Shown: piece after piece, positions 11,190 through 19,431 of the stretch
Layout: each line of letters begins with the position of its first letter
How positions within the stretch are numbered: the first letter of the stretch is position 1
Position numbers and translations under genes: made by a program
Source: an uncultured delta proteobacterium
GTDB lineage: Bacteria; Myxococcota_A; Polyangia; Fen-1088
Length of the DNA stretch: 64,000 nucleotides
NCBI GenBank assembly: GCA_963767925.1
Contig: CAVYGB010000010.1
Coordinates: 544,001-608,000 of the forward strand
Direction: 5' to 3'
The notes under the pieces: model-generated
The model's database searches: none
The model's input: only the letters and a program-made list of their open reading frames with translations
What the model was told of the DNA's origin: nothing

Positions 11190-12275
11190 ATGGCCTTCCC
11201 GCACAAGAGCCAAAAGATCGCCGAAACCATCGCCCGCTGGTTCGAGGAACAGCGCTACCGACCCGGCGACCGCTTCCCCTCGGACCAGGAGCTGGCCCGC
11301 GAGTTCGGCGTCAACCACGTCACGGTGCGCACCGCCCTGCGCCGCTTCGTCGACCAGGGCTTGCTCGAGCGCAAGGTCGGCGCCGGCACCGTGGTCCGCG
11401 ATCCCAAGGCCCGCTCCGAGGCGGAGGCGCGGGGGGCCAACCCCGCGGTGGCCATCGCCATCCCCGACGCCACCCACTCCTTCTTCAGCGAGCTCCTGCG
11501 CACGGTGGAGGGCGCCCTGCACGGCACCGGCCGCCCGCTGATGCTGGGGCACACCTGGGAGCTGGCCCAGCGCGAGGAGCAGGTGGTCAACGCCTGGATC
11601 TCGCAGGGGGTCCGGCGCATGGTCCTCACCCCGCCCGTGTCAGAGGGACACTTTTACAACCGGCTCGTCAGCCAGGGCGTGCGCCTGGTGTTCGTCGACC
11701 GGCGGGTCGAGTCGGTCGACGTGCCCAGCATCGTCAGCCGCGACGAGGTGGGGATGGCCCAGGTCGTGAAATACGTGGTCGGGCTCGGCCACCGCCGCCT
11801 GGTCCACCTGGCCGGCCCGGTCGGCATCTGGACCGCCCGCCAGCGCCGCGACAGCTTCGCCCGCTCGGCGCGCGAGGCCGGGCTGTCCGAGCAGTCGGTG
11901 GAGATCTTGCCAGCCGGCTATTACATCGAGGACGGCTACACGGCGATGGTCCGCCGGCTGCAGTCGGGCACCCCGCCCGACGCCGTGGTGGGGGCCAACG
12001 ATCCGGTGGCGGTGGGCGCGGTCCGCGCCCTGGAAGAGCGGGGCCTGCGCGTGCCCGAGGACGTCACGGTGACCGGCTTCGGCGACACCGACATCGGGCG
12101 CAACTTCGGCCTCACGACGGTGCGCCAGTTCCCCGATCGCATGGGCTCCGAGGCCATCCGCCTCATGCTCGGCATCGAGCCGCTCAGCGCCCGCGACTCG
12201 ATCGAGCTGGTGCCCGAGCTGGTGGTTCGCACGCCCAGCCCCAGCGTCAGCCGCACCATCCGCGCGGCGACCTAG
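11190..12275 (+). CDS. GntR-HTH / LacI-type sugar-binding domain transcriptional regulator (AraR-like architecture)
   Basis: N-terminal PGDRFPSDQELAREFGVNHVTVRTAL...GAGT wHTH. C-terminal periplasmic-binding-like domain (NDPVAVGA, RVPEDVTVTGFGD, LTTVRQ). Confidence 0.9.
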   Translation: MAFPHKSQKIAETIARWFEEQRYRPGDRFPSDQELAREFGVNHVTVRTALRRFVDQGLLERKVGAGTVVRDPKARSEAEARGANPAVAIAIPDATHSFFSELLRTVEGALHGTGRPLMLGHTWELAQREEQVVNAWISQGVRRMVLTPPVSEGHFYNRLVSQGVRLVFVDRRVESVDVPSIVSRDEVGMAQVVKYVVGLGHRRLVHLAGPVGIWTARQRRDSFARSAREAGLSEQSVEILPAGYYIEDGYTAMVRRLQSGTPPDAVVGANDPVAVGAVRALEERGLRVPEDVTVTGFGDTDIGRNFGLTTVRQFPDRMGSEAIRLMLGIEPLSARDSIELVPELVVRTPSPSVSRTIRAAT

Positions 12276-12435
12276 TGCACCGCTCGCGAAATATCGTCAA
12301 GGCTGCGCCGACAATCCTGCGCCCCGCTTCGTTGCTCCTCCTCGGAATATGCCGGATATTCGTCGTCGTCGCGCCTCGCGGGGCCGCAGGCTTGTCGGCG
12401 GAATCCTTGACGCTATTTCGAGAGCGGTGCACTAG
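12272..12435. mobile_element. MITE-like element, 156 bp between two CTAG copies, ~55-bp imperfect terminal inverted repeats
   Basis: Left tgcaccgctcgcgaaatatcgtcaaggctgcgccgacaatcctgcgccccgc matches the reverse complement of the right end tgcaccgctctcgaaatagcgtcaaggattccgccgacaagcctgcggccccgc. CTAG at 12272-12275 and 12432-12435. Confidence 0.75.
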
Positions 12436-12438
12436 CGC

Positions 12439-12598
12439 CGCCGGAGCCCCTCACCCCTCCCTCTCCCCGCTCCGCGGGGCGAGGGAGAACAATCAGCCAG
12501 GTGCCCGCTTCGTCCTTCGCACTGGCTCCCCGTTGCCCGTTCGCCCTCGCCCCGCGGCAGCGGGGAGAGGGAGGGGTGAGGGGTGAGGGGCTCCGGCG
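12439..12598. repeat. REP-like paired palindromic intergenic element, copy 1
   Basis: Two inverted ~50-bp arms (ccggagcccctcacccctccctctccccgctccgcggggcgagggagaac and gttcgccctcgccccgcggcagcggggagagggaggggtgagggg...ctccgg), each itself a hairpin. Lies between convergent genes. Confidence 0.85.
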
Positions 12599-12607
12599 TC
12601 CGGTGGG

Positions 12608-13318
12608 CTAGGACATTCCTTTGTTGGAGTGCCAGACCGACTTCTTCTTCCCGGGCTTGGGCGGGGCGAGCAGGTCGGGGTTCTCGAGCAGCTTCTTCAG
12701 CAGGGCGGGCGGGTCGCCGTCGGCGGCCTTGCGCAGATCGCCCCCCTCGTCGCGCGCGATCTCGATCAGCAGCCGGTTCGACACGACCGAGCGCGGGGCC
12801 AGCTCGGTGATGTCCTCGCTGGTGGCCCAGGCGTCGCGGTGCTTGATCATCAGCCAGGCTGGCTTGGAGTCGCCGCCTCGCCCCCGGGTGCGCACGAGCA
12901 CCCAGGAGCCGCGCAGCTTCTTGCCCTCGAAACTCACCTTGAGGTCGCCCTTCTTCAAGGCCCCGTCCACGTCGGGATCCTCCGGGACCCAGACCCCCTG
13001 GTCCCAGATCATCACCGTGCCCCCCCCGTATTCGCCGGCCGGGATGACGCCCTCGAACTTGTTGTATTCGATGGGGTGATCCTCGACCTGCATCGCCAGC
13101 CGCTTGATGGCCGGATCGTAGGAGGGCCCCTTGGGGACGGCCCAGGACAGCATCACGCCCTTCCACTCCAGACGCACGTCGTAGTGCAGGGCGCTGGCTC
13201 GATGTTTTTGCACGACGAAGGCCAGCTTCTTGCGCCGGGGGGTGGTGGCGCGCTCCTTGCCCTTGGGCTCGGCCGTGACGTCGAAGCGGCGTTTCTTGTG
13301 GTACTCGCGCAGCGACAT
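12608..13318 (-). CDS. Stand-alone DNA ligase D 3'-phosphoesterase domain protein
   Basis: LREYHKKRRFDVTAEP, FVVQKHRASALHYDVRLE, SWAVPKGPSYDP..KRLAMQVEDHPIEY..FEGVIP.GEYGGG.VMIWD.G. No ligase or polymerase domain. Confidence 0.92.
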   Translation of the reverse strand: MSLREYHKKRRFDVTAEPKGKERATTPRRKKLAFVVQKHRASALHYDVRLEWKGVMLSWAVPKGPSYDPAIKRLAMQVEDHPIEYNKFEGVIPAGEYGGGTVMIWDQGVWVPEDPDVDGALKKGDLKVSFEGKKLRGSWVLVRTRGRGGDSKPAWLMIKHRDAWATSEDITELAPRSVVSNRLLIEIARDEGGDLRKAADGDPPALLKKLLENPDLLAPPKPGKKKSVWHSNKGMS

Positions 13319-13367
13319 GGCTCTCCCCTGTCTCTATGCGTTCCGGGCGGCGCTCTGGCCGCCCCCC

Positions 13368-14438
13368 TCAGCGGATCCGCCGGGCATGGTCGATCATCAG
13401 CGACACCCCCGGCGACATGTTGATCGGCTCCAGGGTGACATGGGGGTGACTGCTGGGCCAGATGCGAAAGACCTCGTCGGCGAAGCCCTGCCCGATCGCC
13501 TTGACCCCCCGGAAGTCGAGGACGACCGTGTGGTAGCGCTCGAGCGGGCGCAGCAGGCGCTGCGCCTCCGTGCGAGAGATGAAGCTCGTCCCCAGAGTCA
13601 CCACCACCCGGCTCCGGTCGATCATGGTGCGCTCGGCGTGGATGGCGAACAGCTCGGCGAGGGTGTGGCGGGGGCGCAGGTCGCCCTGGAAGCGCACGCG
13701 GGTGCCGGAGCGGGCGGAGGCCGCCGCGGTCGCCGTCTGCGCGGTCTGGTTGTCGAGCGTCCAGCGCAGGCCGTTGCTCTCCACCTCGAACCGGCGGGCC
13801 GCCCGCGAGCTGAAGAACAGGCCCACCCCGATCTGCCCCTCCGCCCAGAGCGGCTTGCTGGCCTGGGACAGCCGCTTGACCGCCTCCTCGACCGAGCCGA
13901 CGCTCAGCTTCCGGCGCAGGCTCGCGAGCAGCCCGACGCCGTCGTCGTGCACCTCGAAGGAGAGCGTGTCGTCGCTGGCCTGGGCGAAGCGCACCTCCAC
14001 CTCGTTGCCCCGCGAGTGCTCGATGGCGTTGTTGAGCACCTCGGTGAAGGCGTAACGGAACAGCTCCTGGACCGGGGCCGACATGCGGGCCAGGGCCGGG
14101 TGGAGCTGCAGCAGCTCCTGCCAGACGCGGTCCTCCGAGAGCACCGCCCGCGGGTAGCGGCGGACGAAGGCGACCGGGCTGGCCGGCGCCGCCACCGGGG
14201 CCGGGGTGGCGGCGGGGGCAGTGGGGGCAGGGAGCGGCGGGGGTGCCGTCCAGAGGTGGTAGCGAACCCGGCGCCCCGTCCCCTCGCGAACGACCCGGCC
14301 CTCCTTGATCAGGGCGGACAGGTGGCGGGTCACCACCGGACGGGTGACCTTCAGCCGCCGGGCCAGCTCCGCTGCCGACAGGCCGCCCCCCCGCTCCAGC
14401 AGGGTGGCGATGCGAGCTCGGGAGGAGGGGGGTGGCAT
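13368..14438 (-). CDS. wHTH + histidine-kinase-like ATPase + STAS-like (DUF4325) protein
   Basis: LSAAELARRLKVTRPVVTRHL HTH; FTEVLNNAIEHS (N box), DDGVG (G1), GVGLFFS (G2); C-terminal FISRTEAQRLL...VVLDFRGVKAIGQGFADEVF. Confidence 0.8.
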   Translation of the reverse strand: MPPPSSRARIATLLERGGGLSAAELARRLKVTRPVVTRHLSALIKEGRVVREGTGRRVRYHLWTAPPPLPAPTAPAATPAPVAAPASPVAFVRRYPRAVLSEDRVWQELLQLHPALARMSAPVQELFRYAFTEVLNNAIEHSRGNEVEVRFAQASDDTLSFEVHDDGVGLLASLRRKLSVGSVEEAVKRLSQASKPLWAEGQIGVGLFFSSRAARRFEVESNGLRWTLDNQTAQTATAAASARSGTRVRFQGDLRPRHTLAELFAIHAERTMIDRSRVVVTLGTSFISRTEAQRLLRPLERYHTVVLDFRGVKAIGQGFADEVFRIWPSSHPHVTLEPINMSPGVSLMIDHARRIR

Positions 14439-14465
14439 GTCAGGACCGGTGCGTCGGAAACTTTG

Positions 14466-14494
14466 ATCGTAAGTCGCCCACCCGATTTCGTAAA
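14466..14494 (-). promoter_or_regulatory. Putative sigma70-type promoter for the DUF4325 gene
   Basis: Minus strand TTTACG-17 nt-TACGAT, ending 27 nt upstream of the ATG at 14438. Confidence 0.5.
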
Positions 14495-14595
14495 CCCGCC
14501 CGACGTCCCACGCTGACATCCTGCGCCGCGCAGCCCGTCGGGGCCCGCCAAGGTGCCCACCGACGCGATGGCCGACGTGTTCCCCGCCCTGCCCG

Positions 14596-15726
14596 CTACC
14601 AGGCGCCGCCCAGCAACGGCGCGGTGGCGCCGGTGAGGCGCAGGCGTCCCGCCTCGGGGGTGAGGACCGGCAGCAGCGCCACCCGGCCGAAGCCCCAGCG
14701 GCCGTCGGCCGCGCGGGTCACCAGCGCGGGAGCCTCCAGGGCGACGCGGTCGTCGCGATCGGGCTGCATGTCCCGGGTGAAATAGGCGGCCACGGCCATG
14801 CCGGCGTACAGGCCCGCCAGCGCCGATCCGGCCAGGATGCGGGCGTCGCTGTCGCCGTCGGGTGAGCCGATGGCGAGGAAGGCGGCGGCGAAGCCGAGCA
14901 GGCCCCCGCCGAGGGCGCCGGTGTCGATGAACAGCATGCGGTTGCGGGGCAGGTCGTAGACCTGCGCGAGGGCGAGGCCGGCGGCGAGCCCGCCGTTCAT
15001 GCCCAGGCCCATCAGGGTGAAGGTGGCCCTGCTGTCCTCGGGCTGCACCAGGGCGGCCACCAGGCCGCCGGTCGCGAAGCCCCACAGCCCGCCCGAGCGC
15101 ACCATCTCGACGTCCCCCTGCTTCGGGTGGCGCCCCCGCGTGAGCAGGATGGCCGCCACGCCGCCGGCCAGGCCGGCGCCGAGCGCGCTGCCCACGACGA
15201 CCTCCTCGTCCCCGTCGGCGGCGGCCCCCCAGATGAGGCCGCTGTAGGTGCCGTAGTCAAAGCCGGTGATGGTCGACCAGGCCTGGGCGTTGGTGATCTC
15301 CCCGTCGCGGGTGCCGAGCAGCGAGAGGGTCAAGCCGACCGCCCCGCCGAGCAGCGGCGGCACCACCAGGGCCCGGCTGTCCTCGATGTCGGCGATGATG
15401 TCGAAGGCGACGCCGGCCCAGATCCCGTAGAGCGTGCCGCCGAAGACCAGCTTGCCGCGGCCCGAGCGATCGAGGCCGCCCCCCGCGGCCGGCACGATCG
15501 GCACCACCCCCTGGCACAGGGCAACGATCCGCCGGGCGACCGCCCGGTCCTCGTCGCCGAGGCCCGGGCCCTCCGCCAGGGCGGCGAGCGCGGGCAGCCC
15601 CTCGGCGCAGCCGGAGCGCAGGACCACGCCGAGCGCCTCGTCGATCGGCGAGGCCGGTGCCGCCGGCTGCGCGCGGGCCGCCGACGAGAACAGGGTGAGC
15701 GCGAGGAGGCCGAAGACGGATCTCAT
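14596..15726 (-). CDS. Hypothetical Gly-rich multi-pass membrane protein with signal peptide
   Basis: MRSVFGLLALTLFSSAARA signal, then many Gly/Ala-rich hydrophobic helices. GC-rich third codon positions in this frame. Confidence 0.7.
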   Translation of the reverse strand: MRSVFGLLALTLFSSAARAQPAAPASPIDEALGVVLRSGCAEGLPALAALAEGPGLGDEDRAVARRIVALCQGVVPIVPAAGGGLDRSGRGKLVFGGTLYGIWAGVAFDIIADIEDSRALVVPPLLGGAVGLTLSLLGTRDGEITNAQAWSTITGFDYGTYSGLIWGAAADGDEEVVVGSALGAGLAGGVAAILLTRGRHPKQGDVEMVRSGGLWGFATGGLVAALVQPEDSRATFTLMGLGMNGGLAAGLALAQVYDLPRNRMLFIDTGALGGGLLGFAAAFLAIGSPDGDSDARILAGSALAGLYAGMAVAAYFTRDMQPDRDDRVALEAPALVTRAADGRWGFGRVALLPVLTPEAGRLRLTGATAPLLGGAW

Positions 15727-15827
15727 GCCCGTCGACAAGTGCATTCTCGGTGCCAGGCCCGACCGGCCGCGGCCCGCGGCGCGTCCGCCGCCGGCCGTTG
15801 AATTTCTGACAGCCGGTGCACGCGTCA

Positions 15828-16151
15828 TCAAAGCCCGAAGGCCTGCTGCAGCTTCTGGAGCAGGTCCACGTCGTTGGTCTTGATCTTTCCTGTGAAAAAA
15901 TCGCCCATGCCCGGCTTCCAGGTGCCAGCCACCAGCTTCTCGAACAGATCCGCGGAGGTCTTCAACACGCAGTCGGCGCCCTCGGTCTTTCCGGGTGTGA
16001 CTGCGCAGGCCTCCGGCGTCAACGTCACCGTCCACTTCTGCCCCTCGCCGTCGCCGAGCGACAGGTAATAGGTGGTCTTCTTTTCCACCACCCCCGGGCG
16101 ATACCGCGCCTGGAGCGCGGCCAGCGTCTTCTGCAGATCGGGCGTCGCCAT
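15828..16151 (-). CDS. SCP2 sterol/lipid-binding domain protein
   Basis: 107 aa: KWTVTLT..CAV.PG...ADCVLKTSADLFEKLVAG..KP..DFFTGKIKT.DVDLL. RBS GAGGAAG; 17 bp downstream of the GT4 stop. Confidence 0.78.
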   Translation of the reverse strand: MATPDLQKTLAALQARYRPGVVEKKTTYYLSLGDGEGQKWTVTLTPEACAVTPGKTEGADCVLKTSADLFEKLVAGTWKPGMGDFFTGKIKTNDVDLLQKLQQAFGL

Positions 16152-16168
16152 GTCTTCCTCCCCGTTGT

Positions 16169-17230
16169 CTATGAAGCCAGAACCGTCTCGCACAACCCCT
16201 GCACCACCCGGGACGTCTGCAGCCAGGTGCCGTGGCCGCGGTAGCGGGCGAGCGCCCCCCGGGAGGCGGCGAGCAGCCGGTCGCGATCGGTCAGCGCCGC
16301 CAGGGCCGCCCGCCAGGCGCCGATGTCGTCGGGGGGGATGAGCGTCCCGGCGCCGGTGTCGCCGAGCAGCTCGGCGGTGCCCCCCTCGGTGGTGATGAGC
16401 AGGGGCAAGCCGGCCCCCAGCGCCTCGATGCCCGAGATGGGGTACGACTCGCGATCGGAGGGCAAGGCGAAGACGTGGCTGCGCGCCAGCAGCGCGGTCA
16501 GGGCCGGCTCGTCGAGCTGGCCGTGGAAGGTCACCCGATCGCAAAGGCCGCTGTCGGCGACGAACGCGCGCAGCCGGGCCACGTAGGCCGGGTCGCTCTG
16601 CAGGCTGCCGGCCAGATCGACGACCACCTCCGGACCGGAGCGGCTGAGGGCGGCGAGCAGGCGGTGGGCCCCCTTGTGGGGGGCCACGGTGCCGACACAC
16701 ACCACCCGCAGGGGCCCCGGCGCCGCGGCCCGCGCCGCCAGGGCGGCCTCGTCCACCGCCGAGGGGAGGTGGTCCCGCCCCGCGTAGGCCACCACCGAGG
16801 GGCCCACCTCCGGGCAGGCCGCGCGCACGTCCCCGAGGGTGTCCTCGCTGACCGTGACCACACCGTCCACGGATCCAAGATACGCCCGCTCGCACCGCTC
16901 GACCAGCCAGCGCCGCGGGGTGCTGGGTTGCCGCCCGGCCAGGTTGTGCACCAGGCTCACGATGCGAACCCCGGCCGCGCGCAGCCGGCGGCGGCGCAGG
17001 AACACCGAGGGGTGGATGAGCTCGTCCTCGATGATCAGGTCGAAGCGGTCGAGCCCCCCGGGCAGGGGCTGCAGGTTGTCCAGCAGGGCGCGGCGGTAGG
17101 TCCGCCAGGGCAGGGCCACCACCTCGACGCTGTGACCGAGCGCGCGCAGCCCGGCCACCACCTGGCGGTCATAGAGGAACCCGCCCGAGACGAGGTCGAG
17201 GCTGCCGTAGACCAGGAAGCCCAGGCGCAT
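16169..17230 (-). CDS. Glycosyltransferase family 4 (GT-B)
   Basis: SGGFLYDR, VGTVAPHKG, FALPSDRESYPISGIEALGAGLP (E-x7-E motif). Confidence 0.9.
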   Translation of the reverse strand: MRLGFLVYGSLDLVSGGFLYDRQVVAGLRALGHSVEVVALPWRTYRRALLDNLQPLPGGLDRFDLIIEDELIHPSVFLRRRRLRAAGVRIVSLVHNLAGRQPSTPRRWLVERCERAYLGSVDGVVTVSEDTLGDVRAACPEVGPSVVAYAGRDHLPSAVDEAALAARAAAPGPLRVVCVGTVAPHKGAHRLLAALSRSGPEVVVDLAGSLQSDPAYVARLRAFVADSGLCDRVTFHGQLDEPALTALLARSHVFALPSDRESYPISGIEALGAGLPLLITTEGGTAELLGDTGAGTLIPPDDIGAWRAALAALTDRDRLLAASRGALARYRGHGTWLQTSRVVQGLCETVLAS

Positions 17231-17245
17231 CGGCAGCGGCGCCCG

Positions 17246-17632
17246 CTAGCGGAAGGTGATCGTGTAGGTCGTGAAGGCGTCGTCGTTTTCCCAGAGCTTG
17301 ACCTCGAGCGCCCGCAGGCGATCGGTGGGCACCGCCGCGGTCATCCGCTCGGCCAGGATGCGGGCGAAGTGCTCGAGGCTGGGGTTGAGCCCCGCGAACT
17401 CGGGCAAGCTGTTGAGCGACTTGTCGCTGTAGCGCTCGACGAGGGCCTGCAGGTGCTGGCTGACGACCGCGATGTCGAGCAGGTAGCCGTGCTGGTCGAG
17501 CTCGTCGCCGGCGAAGATGACCTCCAGCCGGTAGGGGTGCGAGTGGTGCTCGTTCTCCTTGCCCCAGTCGCCCCCGATCAGATGGTGCTGGGCGATGAAG
17601 CTGCGGATGACACCGACCGTGTATCGAGCCAT
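17246..17632 (-). CDS. 6-pyruvoyl/6-carboxy-tetrahydropterin synthase-like T-fold protein (COG0720), Cys-less variant
   Basis: FIAQHH, HSHPYRLEV, LNSLPEF...NPSLEHFAR, VKLWEND. The protein contains no cysteine. Confidence 0.85.
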   Translation of the reverse strand: MARYTVGVIRSFIAQHHLIGGDWGKENEHHSHPYRLEVIFAGDELDQHGYLLDIAVVSQHLQALVERYSDKSLNSLPEFAGLNPSLEHFARILAERMTAAVPTDRLRALEVKLWENDDAFTTYTITFR

Positions 17633-17653
17633 GGCTGTTCTCTCCTTTTTTCG

Positions 17654-18655
17654 TCAGGCGTAGCTGAACACGACCTGCAGCGCCTGGGCAGCCCCCGAAT
17701 CGAGGAGCTGGTAGGCCTCCGCCGCGCGCGCGAAGGGGAAACGATGGGTGACCAGCGCCTTCGCGTCGAGCTGGCCGAGGGCCCGCCAGGCCGTCGCCAT
17801 CCGCCGCTGGCGGTCCCAGCGCCCCGAGATCCCCGGGGCCAGGTGGCTGACCTGGCTGCTCCGCAGGGTCAGCCGCCCGCGGTGAAAGTGCCCACCCAGG
17901 CTGACCGGCGCCCGCTTCTCCCCGTAAAACGATCCCACCACCACCCGCCCCTCGCGTCCGGTGACGGCGATGGCCGCGTCGAGGGCGGCCGGGTTGCCGG
18001 TCAGCTCGAAGGTCAGGTCGGCCCCGTCGCCCCCCAGGGCGGCGCGGGCCTCGGCCGCGGTCGCCACGACGGTGGCCCCCAGCCGGCGGGCCAGCGCGGC
18101 GCGCGCCGGCACCGGCTCGATCGCGACCAGGCGCTCCAGCGGGAAGCGGGCCAGCAGGCCGGTCGTGCACAGCCCGACCACCCCCTGGCCCAGCACCGCC
18201 ACCCGCTCACCCAGGCCCGGCTCGCCGTCGAGCAGCAGGTTGACCGCGGTCTCCTGCGAGGGGAGCAGCGCCGCGGTCTCGGGGTCCATCCCCGCCGGCA
18301 GCGCGAAGGCCTCACCCACCGCGGTGACGAAGTGGCTGGCGTGGGGCTGGAAGGAGAAGACAGCCCGCTCGAGCCAGGCCCGATCGACCCCCGCGCCCAC
18401 CGCCACAACCGTGCCGACCGCGGCGTAGCCGTAGCGGAAGGGGTAAGCGAAGACGTTGCCCTGCAGGGCCGGCAGCGTGTCGTCGAGCGGCAGGTCGGCC
18501 GGGAGCTGGCCCCGATAGGCCAGCAGCTCGGTCCCCGCGCTCACCCCGGAGAAGGCGCTTTGGACCAGCAGCTCGGCCGGCCCCGGCGGAGGACAGGGCT
18601 CCTCCGTCACCTCCACCCGGCCCGGGCCGGTGAAGACCAGGGCGCTGCGGTTCAC
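17654..18655 (-). CDS. MDR-family (zinc-binding ADH-like) dehydrogenase lacking canonical Zn ligands
   Basis: SGVSAGTE and YPFRYGYAAVG replace the GxCxxD and GHE motifs; Rossmann VLGQGVVG. Start overlaps the upstream stop. Confidence 0.88.
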   Translation of the reverse strand: MNRSALVFTGPGRVEVTEEPCPPPGPAELLVQSAFSGVSAGTELLAYRGQLPADLPLDDTLPALQGNVFAYPFRYGYAAVGTVVAVGAGVDRAWLERAVFSFQPHASHFVTAVGEAFALPAGMDPETAALLPSQETAVNLLLDGEPGLGERVAVLGQGVVGLCTTGLLARFPLERLVAIEPVPARAALARRLGATVVATAAEARAALGGDGADLTFELTGNPAALDAAIAVTGREGRVVVGSFYGEKRAPVSLGGHFHRGRLTLRSSQVSHLAPGISGRWDRQRRMATAWRALGQLDAKALVTHRFPFARAAEAYQLLDSGAAQALQVVFSYA

Positions 18656-19431
18656 GCCCCGCCCCAGCGGAGCGGGCCGGCAGCGATCCAGTCGTCGGCC
18701 AGTCGATGCATGGACGTGCTGTCGAGGCGGGGCAGCTTCTCCCGCTCGAGCGAGCCGAGGGCCGACATGCCCCCCAGGAGCTGCGGTGCCACCGTCACGA
18801 CCGCGTAGTCGACGAGCGAGGCGCGCAGGAAGCTGGTGAGCACCTTGCCGCCGCCCTCGACCATCACCCGGCGGATGCCGCTCTCGGCGAGCGAGGACAG
18901 CAGGCGCGACAGGTCGACCCAGCCATTGGCCCAGGCGGGCAGGCGCATGATCTCGGCCCCCCGGGCCTCGAGCTGGGTCCGCAGCTCCTCGCGCGCGTTT
19001 TCGGTGCAGGCGATCCGCACCGGACGGCCGCCACCGGCGGCCAGCACCTTGGCGCAGACAGGCGTGCGCAGGCAGCTATCGAGCACCACCGGGCTGGGGC
19101 TGGGCCCCTGCCACAGGCGCACCGTGAGCGACGGGTCGTCGGCCAGCAGCGTGCCGATGCCGACCACGATGACGTCGTGGGCGGCGCGCAGCGCGTGGGT
19201 GAGGGCCAGCGATTCGCTGCCGCTCAACCGGTACGGCTTGCCATTGTCGAGCGCGATGCTCCCGTCGAGGCTTTGCGCCCAGGCCAGGGTGACGAATGGC
19301 CTTCCGTTGCGAGTGTCGGCACGCTCGGCTTTACGGAGGTCATCGAGCACACGCCCGATCACTTCTGCGGTGGAATGCGGCTTGGTCAGGCTAACTCCCT
19401 GCCCGTTGGTAGTGATCTTTTGACGGTCCAA
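18652..19431 (-). CDS. RibD C-terminal-type pyrimidine reductase (no deaminase domain)
   Basis: RPFVTLAWAQSLDGSIA, THALRAAHDVIVVGIGTLLADDPSLTVR, VMVEGGG, VAPQLLGG. Start (TTG) uncertain. Confidence 0.88.
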   Translation of the reverse strand: MDRQKITTNGQGVSLTKPHSTAEVIGRVLDDLRKAERADTRNGRPFVTLAWAQSLDGSIALDNGKPYRLSGSESLALTHALRAAHDVIVVGIGTLLADDPSLTVRLWQGPSPSPVVLDSCLRTPVCAKVLAAGGGRPVRIACTENAREELRTQLEARGAEIMRLPAWANGWVDLSRLLSSLAESGIRRVMVEGGGKVLTSFLRASLVDYAVVTVAPQLLGGMSALGSLEREKLPRLDSTSMHRLADDWIAAGPLRWGGA

